The notes: a model not told the origin generated them from the sequence alone. A stretch of 64,000 nucleotides of DNA from Bacillota bacterium (GCA_015059335.1 SVAP01000004.1:20258-84257), one strand, 5' to 3'. Counted from the first letter of the stretch, positions 51,985 through 61,767 are shown. Numbers and translations are program-made.

Positions 51985-53766
51985 ATGATTAGTGTTTCTT
52001 TTGCGATTTGTTGTTTAGTGTTTTTATCAATTATATCAATTGTATATTTTTCAAAAAAACGTATAAAAAACATGGATAATAAAATATTTTCAATTTTAAT
52101 TATTTTAAATTTAATTGGAATTTGTATTGATGTTTCTGGATATTTTGCTTTTAAAGCACTAGGGGTAGATAATGTATTAAATATATTTATCTCAAAAATT
52201 TATTTAATATATTATATTTCATTTATTTTTTGCCTTACTATTTATGTATATAATATATCATTTAAAAATTTAAATAAAATTTTAAAAACATTTATTACTA
52301 TTTTTGCAGTATTATGTACAATTGTATTTATATTACCAATTAGTGTAACAATGAAAGACAATACAGCATTCTCATATGGGCCTAGTGTTAATTTAGGATA
52401 TGTATGTGTATTTGGTCTTACTTTTGCGATGATTATTATTTTACTAATAAATATTAAGAAAATAAAATCAAAAAAATATATGCCAATTTTTGCCTTTGTA
52501 ATTTTGACTTTTTTAGCATTCACAATTCAAAAAATTAATCCAGATATTGCATTATTGTTATTATCAAATTCAGTTGTTACGACACTTATGTATTTTACAA
52601 TTGAGAATCCAGATGTTAAATTAATCAACGAATTAAATGATAATAGAGTATTAATTGAAAAAACAAATGAAGAAAAATCTAACTTCTTATTTAAAATGAC
52701 TGCAGAAGTTAGGCATCCAATAGATTATATATATGAAACAAGTAAATCATTACTTAATGAAACAGATCCTGAAAAATTAAGTAGAGCAATGTCGGTTATT
52801 AATAGTAGTTCAAAAAAAGTTTCATATTTAATAAATGAAGTATTAAATGTATCATCAATTGATATTAAAAAACTAAAAATAGTTAATACTAAATATAATT
52901 TTTATAATATCATTAGTGAAATACAAGCTAGGACAAATCAAGAAAACACAAAAAATATTGATATCAGATATGAAATAAGTCAAGATATTCCTGAATCATT
53001 ATATGGTGATGCAATTAAGATAAAACAAATAATTATGACAATACTTTCTAACTCACTTAAATATACCAATAAAGGTTTTATAGAATTAAGTGTATCGTCA
53101 ATGATTAAATATGATGTATGTAGACTAATAATCTCAATAGAAGATTCAGGTATAGGTATGGATATCGCAAAAGTTAATGATTTATTGGAATATGATGAAG
53201 AAATGAGCGAAAATGATTTAAAAACTTTAGGTAAAATAGATTTAAATTTAAATATTGTTAAAAAAATTATTAAATATCTTGGTGGATCAATCATGATTAA
53301 AAGTGAGGTAGGAAAAGGTTCTGAATTTATTATTGTATTAGATCAAAAAATAGATTTAAATAGCAATTATAATGAATCTGATAAATATACATCGTTTGTA
53401 CAAAAGAAAACAAAGGTTTTATTAGTTGATGACAACATGGAAGAATTAAGTACAATTGAAAATATTTTAAATAAAAGTAATATAAGTTATACATCCACAA
53501 CATATAGTAAAGATTGCCTTGATAAAATCAACAATAACTATAAATATGATATAATAATAATTAATGATGAAATGCCAGAATATAGTGCATATGAAACACT
53601 AAAAAAATTAAAAGAAATAAAAGGATTTAATATTCCAGTGGTAGTTATTCTAGATAAGAAAAAAGATTTCATGAAACAACACTACATAGAAGATGGATTT
53701 AAAGATTATATTTTAAAAGAAAAACTTGATAGAGAAATAAAAAGAGTAATTAATAAATACTTATAA
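51985..53766 (+). CDS. Membrane hybrid histidine kinase/receiver protein with degenerate phospho-sites
   Basis: About 7 TMs, N-box ILSNSLKYT, G1 EDSGIG, G2 SEVGKGSEF, receiver LVDD; H-box reads MTAEVRHP. Confidence 0.85.
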   Translation: MISVSFAICCLVFLSIISIVYFSKKRIKNMDNKIFSILIILNLIGICIDVSGYFAFKALGVDNVLNIFISKIYLIYYISFIFCLTIYVYNISFKNLNKILKTFITIFAVLCTIVFILPISVTMKDNTAFSYGPSVNLGYVCVFGLTFAMIIILLINIKKIKSKKYMPIFAFVILTFLAFTIQKINPDIALLLLSNSVVTTLMYFTIENPDVKLINELNDNRVLIEKTNEEKSNFLFKMTAEVRHPIDYIYETSKSLLNETDPEKLSRAMSVINSSSKKVSYLINEVLNVSSIDIKKLKIVNTKYNFYNIISEIQARTNQENTKNIDIRYEISQDIPESLYGDAIKIKQIIMTILSNSLKYTNKGFIELSVSSMIKYDVCRLIISIEDSGIGMDIAKVNDLLEYDEEMSENDLKTLGKIDLNLNIVKKIIKYLGGSIMIKSEVGKGSEFIIVLDQKIDLNSNYNESDKYTSFVQKKTKVLLVDDNMEELSTIENILNKSNISYTSTTYSKDCLDKINNNYKYDIIIINDEMPEYSAYETLKKLKEIKGFNIPVVVILDKKKDFMKQHYIEDGFKDYILKEKLDREIKRVINKYL

Positions 53767-53767
53767 G

Positions 53768-53796
53768 GACTAATTTAGTCCTTTTTTTCATACAAT
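53768..53796 (+). promoter_or_regulatory. SigmaE-like promoter of dacB
   Basis: GACTAAT-14-CATACAAT; the -10 matches the sigmaE consensus; dacB is sigmaE-controlled in B. subtilis. Confidence 0.6.
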
Positions 53797-53812
53797 TTTA
53801 TAGGTGGTAAAC

Positions 53813-54163
53813 ATGAAAAAATTAGTTGTAATAATTAGTTTAATATTATTTTTAATACCTAATAAGACTTATGCACTAGGGGAGTCTTCATCATCTATTA
53901 CAGTTATGGATATGGATACTGGTAGAGTTTTATATAGTAAAAACCAAAGCGAGAAAAGACTTATTGCATCTATTACAAAAATAATGACTGCGATAGTTGC
54001 GATTGAAAGTGGTAAGCTAAATGATATAGTTGTAGTAGATGATAGTATTTTAAAAGCGTATGGTTCTGGTATTTATATTGAAATAGGTGAACAAATAAGA
54101 TTAGAAGATTTAGTGTATGGTCTTATGCTTAGAAGCGGTAATGAACTAGCAATTACGGAATAG
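53813..54163 (+). pseudogene. dacB: 5' fragment of a DacB-like S11 D-Ala-D-Ala carboxypeptidase, interrupted after the SGN motif
   Basis: Signal peptide, IASITKIMT (SxxK) and LRSGN (SxN), then ELAITE-stop; no KTG motif or C-terminal half in the window. Confidence 0.8.
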
Positions 54164-54328
54164 CAGTTGGAACTTATGAAAGAAGATTTAATAATATAAC
54201 CTCATTTAAACCTTATGATATAACATATTATTGGAAATTATATATATAACAATTGACTTAGTATATTTTATATAAATCTACAAAGGGTGCTATTAAATAG
54301 CATCTTTTTTTCATAGGAGGAGGTTATT

Positions 54329-55102
54329 ATGTCAGTATTTAAAATTGAAAAGAATAAAAATTATACAGTAATGAGTAATTATCATTTAAGAGATAAAAAT
54401 TTAACTTATAAAGCAAAAGGTCTATTATCGTTTATGTTAAGCTTACCTGAGGATTGGGACTACTCACTTGCAGGGTTATGTGCTATTAGTAAAGAAAGTA
54501 GAGATGGAATAAGATCCATATTAAAAGAATTGCAAGAACATCATTATGTTGAAATAGAAAAGGTTAGAGGGGATAAAGGTTATTTTGAGTATAATTATTT
54601 GATATATGAAATACCACATTTTATTGAAGTAGAAAAAGAAAAAACTAATCCAGATATGGAAAATCCACACCTGGATAATCCAAATGTGGAAACAACTACA
54701 CAAATAAATACTAATATAATAAATACTAATAAACAAATAGATAAAGATGATAAAACCATTTCATCTTTTTTTATACCTGAAGAACACAATATTTTGACAT
54801 TAGAATTAGTCAATAGGGGATATATAAATGAAACTGATACACAAATATTTTATTATGATAAATTATTTGAAGATTTATTAAGTGAAGGTAATTCGTATAA
54901 AGATTTAGTTCAAATAATTCATTACATCATTCCTAGAGTTGTAAATAGAAAGTTTAAAGATGAAGATGGCAATGATATAAATAATAAATTTGGATATTTT
55001 AAAAATGCTATAATTAGTAATATTAAAAAATTAAATTATGATTACGAAGATTTATGGGGAGAAGATGAGTATGATTGGTTAAATGATGATTTAGAAAGAT
55101 AA
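54329..55102 (+). CDS. Phage/ICE-type replication-initiator-like helix-turn-helix protein
   Basis: KNKNYTVMSNYHLRDKNL..AKGLLSFMLSLPEDWD..ESRDGIRSILKEL..Y, typical of Firmicutes element replication HTH proteins; RBS AGGAGGAGG. Confidence 0.8.
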   Translation: MSVFKIEKNKNYTVMSNYHLRDKNLTYKAKGLLSFMLSLPEDWDYSLAGLCAISKESRDGIRSILKELQEHHYVEIEKVRGDKGYFEYNYLIYEIPHFIEVEKEKTNPDMENPHLDNPNVETTTQINTNIINTNKQIDKDDKTISSFFIPEEHNILTLELVNRGYINETDTQIFYYDKLFEDLLSEGNSYKDLVQIIHYIIPRVVNRKFKDEDGNDINNKFGYFKNAIISNIKKLNYDYEDLWGEDEYDWLNDDLER

Positions 55103-55112
55103 AATTATACAC

Positions 55113-55228
55113 AAAAAAAATCGTCTCTTTACTAGCAGACGACCTACTACTTAACCTATATACTACATTACTGCATAGGTTATGTCAGATTTCACGGCAC
55201 TACTTAATACTACTTGTGTCATCTGACA
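55113..55228 (-). ncRNA. Candidate ~115-nt three-hairpin sRNA with repeated UAGUA motifs
   Basis: TTGACA-18-(TG)TATTAT promoter at 55263-55234; stems TGTCAGAT/ATCTGACA, TAACCTAT/ATAGGTTA, TCGTCT/AGACGA plus T8. Confidence 0.6.
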
Positions 55229-55327
55229 AATTAATAATATCATAAATTGTAATATATTGTCAATAATTAATTTTTTAAAGTTTAATATTAAATATTCAAT
55301 ATAGAATAATTAAGTATTTAATTCGTA

Positions 55328-55564
55328 CTATTTTCTATATTTTAAAATATCGTTTACATCACAATCTAATGCAAAACACATTCTTGCTATTATATCTATA
55401 TCTATTCTAATTACACGATTATGATAATAACGATTAACTAAATCATAATTAACTGCAATCATAGTACATAGTTTATTTCTACTTATATCTTTTTTATCTA
55501 ATACTTCTTTTAAAGTAATTTCTAATTTCCCATAATCTTTTAATGTATAAATATTATTATCCAT
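55328..55564 (-). CDS. XRE/Cro-C1-type HTH regulator
   Basis: LKEVLDKKDISRNKL..RIDIDIIARMCFALDCDVNDIL; ATG 55564 after GAGGTGG. Confidence 0.88.
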   Translation of the reverse strand: MDNNIYTLKDYGKLEITLKEVLDKKDISRNKLCTMIAVNYDLVNRYYHNRVIRIDIDIIARMCFALDCDVNDILKYRK

Positions 55565-55805
55565 AATTCCACCTCTCATATTTTAATTATTTATTGATTA
55601 AAATATAAAACTTTAAAGTTATATCCAATTTAATTATATTTGAAAATTATAAATTAAAAAATTACACAAAAATATTGCAATATTACTTATATTATTCTAA
55701 ATAATGCAATATTTTATACAAAAAATGTAAAATATCGTTAAAATAAAAGATTTTATGTTATAATTATATATATAAGGATAGAAGTTATATTGAGGTGATG
55801 TAAAA

Positions 55806-56429
55806 ATGAAAACTACTATATATTTAATTAGACACAGTGAACCTTTTAAAGTTCATAGGGGAAATGTAAATGTAAGTGAGTCAATATTGATAGAAAATGA
55901 AAAATCTCCATTAAGTATAAATGGAGAAAAGATAGCTGAAAAATGGGCTACTAATGTTGAATTTAATGCTCTTGATGTGGTGTATTCTTCTAATTATGTT
56001 AGAGCAATGTCCACTGCTAAATATTTTGCACATAATAATAATCTTAAAGTAAATATAGATGAGAGATTTAATGAAAGAATACATGGAGTAGATAGTTGGG
56101 AAGAATTACCAAAGAATTTTGAATCTAATCAATTTGAAGATGAAAATTATAAAGTAGGATTTGGAGAATCTCAAAAAGATGTTCAAACTCGTATGTATTC
56201 TGCATTAGTTGAAGTTATGAAAAATTATAAAGGAAAAAGAATTGCTATAATATCACATTCAACTGCTATTGCATTTCTTTTAAAAATGTTTAGTGATGTT
56301 CAATATACTGGAGATTATTCATATAAAGAAAATAAATATTTTGATGGTAAATGGGATTATGTTGAAACATTTAAATTAGAATTTGATGAAAATAATGTTT
56401 TAGTAAATATTGCAAATATAAATGAATAA
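55806..56429 (+). CDS. Histidine phosphatase (PGM family)
   Basis: YLIRHSE, SSNYVRAMST, ISHS. Confidence 0.9.
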   Translation: MKTTIYLIRHSEPFKVHRGNVNVSESILIENEKSPLSINGEKIAEKWATNVEFNALDVVYSSNYVRAMSTAKYFAHNNNLKVNIDERFNERIHGVDSWEELPKNFESNQFEDENYKVGFGESQKDVQTRMYSALVEVMKNYKGKRIAIISHSTAIAFLLKMFSDVQYTGDYSYKENKYFDGKWDYVETFKLEFDENNVLVNIANINE

Positions 56430-56490
56430 AAACAAATATATACTAACCAAATAAAAAAAATAGATACTATTAAAGTGAAGGGGATGTAAT

Positions 56491-56991
56491 ATGAATGATG
56501 AATTATACAATAAGTATCATAATCAATTATTTAGATGGTGTATAACTAAAGCAAATAATTATAGTGATGCTGAAGACCTTTTGCAAGAAATTAATTATCA
56601 ATTAGCAGTTGCATTTTCTAGAGATGTTTTGATTGTTGATGAAGAAAGATTTATTTGGAAGGTTGCATATTATACTTGGTGTAAAAAAGTAAAGGAATAT
56701 AATAAAAATAAAAATGTAGTATCAATAACAGATGAGATGGAAAGCATTTTAAAAGATGAGAGTATTGATATCCTGAAACAAGTTGAGATGACAGAAGTAA
56801 AAGATATATTACTAAATCATATTTCTAAATTAGATATTACATCAAAAAAGTGTATAATTCTTTATTATTATGAAGGCCTTTCAATAAAAGAAATTGCTAA
56901 AACTTTAAATATTAAAGAAAATTTAGTTAAATATTATCTTTATAAAGCAAGAAATCAATTGAGAAAGGAATTGGAAAATGAAAACATTTAA
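56491..56991 (+). CDS. ECF-type sigma-70 family factor
   Basis: DAEDLLQE region 2; LYYYEGLSIKEIA..LVKYYLYKAR region 4. Confidence 0.88.
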   Translation: MNDELYNKYHNQLFRWCITKANNYSDAEDLLQEINYQLAVAFSRDVLIVDEERFIWKVAYYTWCKKVKEYNKNKNVVSITDEMESILKDESIDILKQVEMTEVKDILLNHISKLDITSKKCIILYYYEGLSIKEIAKTLNIKENLVKYYLYKARNQLRKELENENI

Positions 56992-57832
56992 TGAATTGAT
57001 AGCATTAGCTAAAGAATATGCTAGAAAAGTCAAAAATAAAAATACTATATTATATGATCCTATCTTTAGAATTGAAGATGGAAATTTGTGTCTTGAATAT
57101 TTAATTGTTGAGTTCAATGATGAATTTAATAATGATTATAGAATTAAAAGACCAATAGAATGGTTTACACAGGACATATTAAGTGGTGAAATATTAAATT
57201 ATTATAATGTTAATGATAAAGATTATTCATTATTACCACTTGGCAAATTATTTGATAATAATGGTGAAAGTATTTTATATGACCAAAGTAATGATATTAC
57301 AAGAAGTTTTCAAAAATGGCAAAAAGATATCATTAAGCAAATAAAAGAAGAATATGAAAACTCAAATAATTTATTATATGATGAAAAGGTTATGAAAATA
57401 GAAAATACTATAATAAGTCCAAAAGAATATATATTGTCAAATATTGATAGTATTTTTGAAAAAATGTTCAATATGCTATTTGAAGATATGGGTAATGTTA
57501 TTAGTGATTCATATAATGAATATTTTGAAAGTTTGTTTAATGAAATTCGTAATAAATATATTAATGATAAAATCATTGATAAACGATTGATAAAACAATA
57601 TATGAATTTTCTTAAATATTCATGGCCAGAGTCTTTAGATTTATTTAATAATTGTACTAACATAAAAGAAATAAATGATGAAGGTTATGATAATGCTATT
57701 ATACAAATGTTGGAAGATAAAAAATTGAAAAGAGTAATTGAAAATCCTGGAATTTTTCCAGTTGAAATGCAAATTGATAATAATTGTACTGAGAGTGTAA
57801 TAAATAAAAAAGAAGGAAGTGGTGATGAATAA
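56978..57832 (+). CDS. Hypothetical soluble protein overlapping the sigma gene
   Basis: 284-aa ORF, 14-nt overlap, no TM. Confidence 0.75.
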   Translation: MKTFNELIALAKEYARKVKNKNTILYDPIFRIEDGNLCLEYLIVEFNDEFNNDYRIKRPIEWFTQDILSGEILNYYNVNDKDYSLLPLGKLFDNNGESILYDQSNDITRSFQKWQKDIIKQIKEEYENSNNLLYDEKVMKIENTIISPKEYILSNIDSIFEKMFNMLFEDMGNVISDSYNEYFESLFNEIRNKYINDKIIDKRLIKQYMNFLKYSWPESLDLFNNCTNIKEINDEGYDNAIIQMLEDKKLKRVIENPGIFPVEMQIDNNCTESVINKKEGSGDE

Positions 57833-58626
57833 TGAATGAATTTCAAAATATTAAGATGAGAATAAAAATGGCAATAATGATGGAACCTACTATATCATTA
57901 AAAATTCAACATGATTATTGTGATATGTTAGAAAATTGTAATAGTATGGAACAAATTCCTGAAGAATTGAAAAGATTTGTTAAAATCGTTTTAACAGAAA
58001 TGAGAGAAGAACAAGAAGAAATAGAAGAATCAAACAAAGAAAGAGAACCAATTATGAGTATAGATGAAGTGATTTCTTCTATTGATAAAACTATAAACGA
58101 TATTCAAAATGGTAATAATGTTTATACTGAAGAACAAATTCAAAATAAAGTAGAAAATTATCAACAACAAGCAAATCAATTGTTTGATTATATTGATGAA
58201 AATGGAAAAGTGAAAATACAAGAAGAATTTACTCCTAAAGTAAGAAAATATGATTGGAAAAGAGATTTAAGAAGTGGATTAGCAAGTTTAATAATTGCTC
58301 TTAATGATGATAATTATAATACTGTTTATGTTAAAGATAAAAACAATAATGATGTTTTACTTTATGTAAAAAACATAACTGAACTTCAAGAAATTTTTGA
58401 AAAATATAATTTATATATAGTACTTGATTACGATAAAGAAAGATTGGCAAATGAATATTTGAATCAAAGATTATTAGATTTGAGTGAAGAAAAATTAATG
58501 TTATGTTTATCATATTTATTGGAAAAATCAAAACAAGATTTAAGTATAATTGATAAATATCTAGGCAATCGTATTTTAGTTGGACTTGCAACATTATTAT
58601 ACAATCATTTATATAATTTAATTTAA
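57832..58626 (+). CDS. Hypothetical protein
   Basis: Stop/start coupled (TAATG) to the previous ORF. Confidence 0.75.
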   Translation: MNEFQNIKMRIKMAIMMEPTISLKIQHDYCDMLENCNSMEQIPEELKRFVKIVLTEMREEQEEIEESNKEREPIMSIDEVISSIDKTINDIQNGNNVYTEEQIQNKVENYQQQANQLFDYIDENGKVKIQEEFTPKVRKYDWKRDLRSGLASLIIALNDDNYNTVYVKDKNNNDVLLYVKNITELQEIFEKYNLYIVLDYDKERLANEYLNQRLLDLSEEKLMLCLSYLLEKSKQDLSIIDKYLGNRILVGLATLLYNHLYNLI

Positions 58627-58647
58627 ATAAGAAAGAGGGAATAAAAA

Positions 58648-59349
58648 ATGAAAGAATTAATTGAAAAAAGAAAACAATATACAAATACTTTAATGGAAGT
58701 TTATAAAAAGAAAAGTGAAGAATATTTAAATGATACTCAAAGTATCCTTGATCGTGAACAAGGTTTTAGAGAGTATATGAAAGAAAAAATATCAGTATCT
58801 AGTTTTCAAAAAGGACTAGATGACTTTGTTGAAGAAACAAAAAGAATTGGTAATAAAATAATTGCTGAAAAGAGTGAATTTAATGAATTATTAAATGAAT
58901 TTTCTTTAAAAGATAATGATTTTTCAGTTGCAATGCTTACTAATACTAGAAAAAATATATTTGATAAAGTAGAAGTAGAAAAAGTATTAAAAGAATTGGA
59001 AGATGAGTTTGATAATGAATACAAAACTATCATTTTAGATTATACTAATAAGTTAGACCAATTATTTGAAAAAATCAAAAAAATGGTAGAATTAAATAGA
59101 AAATTTGTTGTTGAATATGGTGGATTACAATTAACTGAAACTCCTGTAGAAAATGAATATAAACCAATATATGATATGCACGATCAAATTTATAATAAGT
59201 TTATATATGAATTTCAAACAGAGGCATATAGAATTAATTTTTTACCACAACAAATTAAATCTACATATACAAGAACAACTAAATTATTAGATGAAAATTA
59301 TGATATATTTAGTGATTTATTAAATGATTTAGAACAAAGTAATAGTTAA
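58648..59349 (+). CDS. Hypothetical helical protein
   Basis: RBS AGAGGG; 233-aa ORF. Confidence 0.75.
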   Translation: MKELIEKRKQYTNTLMEVYKKKSEEYLNDTQSILDREQGFREYMKEKISVSSFQKGLDDFVEETKRIGNKIIAEKSEFNELLNEFSLKDNDFSVAMLTNTRKNIFDKVEVEKVLKELEDEFDNEYKTIILDYTNKLDQLFEKIKKMVELNRKFVVEYGGLQLTETPVENEYKPIYDMHDQIYNKFIYEFQTEAYRINFLPQQIKSTYTRTTKLLDENYDIFSDLLNDLEQSNS

Positions 59350-59384
59350 TACTGTTTTGTTCAAAGAAAGGAGATAGTAAAATA

Positions 59385-59684
59385 ATGGAATTAGAAAAAA
59401 TTATTGAACTATTTTTAGAAGAAAAGATTAGTGCTAGAGAAGTTAGCGATATGCTTGACAATGATAAAATGATATTAGAAAGAATAAAAGACAAGTTTGA
59501 ATATGGAAAAATTATTCAAAAATTAAATAAAAAATATAAAGAAGTTATGAATCAGCCAGTAATATTACCATATCATTGTACATGGGAAGATACTATTATT
59601 GCTTTAATGATAGCAATTGAAAACAAAAAAAATGTTGAAGATGTGGCAAATGGTTTTTACCATTATGATGATAATATGTATTAA
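59385..59684 (+). CDS. Small hypothetical protein
   Basis: RBS AAGGAG; 99 aa. Confidence 0.7.
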   Translation: MELEKIIELFLEEKISAREVSDMLDNDKMILERIKDKFEYGKIIQKLNKKYKEVMNQPVILPYHCTWEDTIIALMIAIENKKNVEDVANGFYHYDDNMY

Positions 59685-59693
59685 TTAATAGAG

Positions 59694-60443
59694 GTGATAA
59701 TGATGAGATTTGATGTACCATCAATTGTAATAAATAAATTATTTGAACAAGGATATGAAGAACAAATTTTGGATGCCGTTATGGCGTTTGAAACAGATTC
59801 TAGTAAAGAAGTTAGTGATATACCATTATCACCTGCTTTAATTAATGACAATGGAGAAAATATTATTTTTACAAATGAAGTTTTACAAGAATATAAAAAT
59901 TTAGTTAAAAGAATTAAAAATCCTTCAACAGCTCAAGAAATACCATTTTTCTTATTGGGTAATACTAAAAATATTGATGGACAAGATTATGTAGTTGTTC
60001 AAGAAATTATATATTCCATAAATGGTAATTTAGATGATTTAAGAGTATCTATAGACGAAGGAAAATTTAGAGAGTTAGTAACTAATTCAAATTATGATGT
60101 TGTATCTATTGGGCATACACATGGTAATGTTAGTGAGGAGAAGAAACAACAATCTCTTACTAGACAATTACCACCTGATTTAGTTGAAAAATATGCAATT
60201 AGAGATGTTGGATTAAACATCTCGATTGCAGATATATGGCAACATGAAGCTTTTAAACAAATTGCTAGTCAATTAGGAAATAAGAAAATATTACAAAGTA
60301 TTATTATGTATAATGGAGATATTATTATGATTGATGATAATAGCATTAGTAAAAGCAACAATGTACAAGCAATTTTAGAAAATGGGAATATTATTAATTT
60401 ACCAACTTCTGTACAACAAGAAAATTTAAATATACACAGATGA
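59694..60443 (+). CDS. JAB/MPN+ (JAMM)-like metalloprotease domain protein
   Basis: QEIPFFLLG, GHTHG, then SIAD (E..HxH..SxxD) with an insertion. Confidence 0.6.
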   Translation: MIMMRFDVPSIVINKLFEQGYEEQILDAVMAFETDSSKEVSDIPLSPALINDNGENIIFTNEVLQEYKNLVKRIKNPSTAQEIPFFLLGNTKNIDGQDYVVVQEIIYSINGNLDDLRVSIDEGKFRELVTNSNYDVVSIGHTHGNVSEEKKQQSLTRQLPPDLVEKYAIRDVGLNISIADIWQHEAFKQIASQLGNKKILQSIIMYNGDIIMIDDNSISKSNNVQAILENGNIINLPTSVQQENLNIHR

Positions 60444-60456
60444 TTGGAGGCAGTAA

Positions 60457-61302
60457 ATGGATAAATTAAAAAAAGAAAATTATATCAAAGAACTTAAAAG
60501 AAAATTTAAGTTTAATAAAAAAACATTTAATTTATTTATAGAACATATAAAAAATTTTGAACTTGCTGAAGAAAAATTTAAAATTGAAAAACATTCATAT
60601 AAAGTTGGAGATGATGTTCTTTTGAAGAAAGGAACATTTATGCATGGAACAAGAAAAGGATATGATGGTTTAGAATTAATTATAGATAATGGGTTTTTGA
60701 GTACAAATATATTTAGTCCAAATGCAAAAGCTCAAAAAACACCTTATTGTGTTAGTATGTGGAACATTCAAAATGATATTCTATTAAAAGAATATGTAAA
60801 CTTATATAGTGGAATGACAATTAAATATACTGATTTTACTGATAAACCTACAACTAAATTAGTACCTTTTAATAAACTTGATGAAGAAATAGAAGATAGT
60901 AGAAAAGTTGATTTTTGGATGTGGACTGCAGAACAAACAAAAGAAATAAGATTTTTACCATCATTAATAAGGGATAACAATCAAATAGCATTTATTATTA
61001 ATACTGAAAGTGAGTATGCTAAAAAATTAATTGAAAATGATATTTTTAATTTAAATTTTGATAAGAAAATATTAAAATCATTTATTAGTGATTGGTTTAT
61101 AAAGAATTTCATATATGCAAAAAGAGATGATTTTACTACTAATAGAGAAAGTGCAATAATTTTTGGATTACCTAGTTGTTTTATAGAAGGTATTTTTGTA
61201 GGTAGAGTAATTGAGAATGATAAAGAAAAATTAGAACAAATAAAAAAACATTTTGAAAATTGCTATATTTGTAATTTGGATGGAAAAGTTATTATGGAGT
61301 AA
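60457..61302 (+). CDS. Hypothetical protein, putative ADP-ribosyltransferase-like fold
   Basis: FMHGT..IIDNGFLS..YCVS..RES pattern; fold is inference. Confidence 0.5.
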   Translation: MDKLKKENYIKELKRKFKFNKKTFNLFIEHIKNFELAEEKFKIEKHSYKVGDDVLLKKGTFMHGTRKGYDGLELIIDNGFLSTNIFSPNAKAQKTPYCVSMWNIQNDILLKEYVNLYSGMTIKYTDFTDKPTTKLVPFNKLDEEIEDSRKVDFWMWTAEQTKEIRFLPSLIRDNNQIAFIINTESEYAKKLIENDIFNLNFDKKILKSFISDWFIKNFIYAKRDDFTTNRESAIIFGLPSCFIEGIFVGRVIENDKEKLEQIKKHFENCYICNLDGKVIME

Positions 61303-61305
61303 AAA

Positions 61306-61767
61306 ATGAATTTAGATTTTACAAAAGAGAATTATAGATTTAATGCAAGAGTGTCAGCAATTATTTATAACAAGGATAAAACAAAAGTATTGCTTTTCAA
61401 AATAAATGATGGTAGAGATTTTTATATGTTACCTGGTGGAAGAATTGAATTAAATGAAGATAGTAAAACTGCAATATCCAGAGAAATAAATGAAGAACTT
61501 AACTATAATTTAGAATATGAGTTATGCTCTATTCAAGAAAACTTTGTTAGTAAAAGTAATATTAATATAATGCAATATTGTTTTTGCTATAAGGCAATAT
61601 ATAATGATGAAATAGAACGAATTAGTTTTAATTGTTTAGATAATGAAAATCAAATGTTTTATTGGACTGATATTAAAGATATTGATAAATTAAATATATT
61701 ACCTATATCTAATAAAAATTTGATTAAAGAACAATTTAATGAAATCCAACATATTATAGAAAAATAA
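61306..61767 (+). CDS. NUDIX hydrolase
   Basis: GGRIELNEDSKTAISREINEELN Nudix box. Confidence 0.92.
   Translation: MNLDFTKENYRFNARVSAIIYNKDKTKVLLFKINDGRDFYMLPGGRIELNEDSKTAISREINEELNYNLEYELCSIQENFVSKSNINIMQYCFCYKAIYNDEIERISFNCLDNENQMFYWTDIKDIDKLNILPISNKNLIKEQFNEIQHIIEK

Noticed and set aside
55113-55228. Retron msr-msd or type III antitoxin identity for the structured RNA
   Set aside because: No reverse transcriptase or ToxN/CptN/TenpN-like toxin is adjacent, and there are no tandem 35-50-nt repeats
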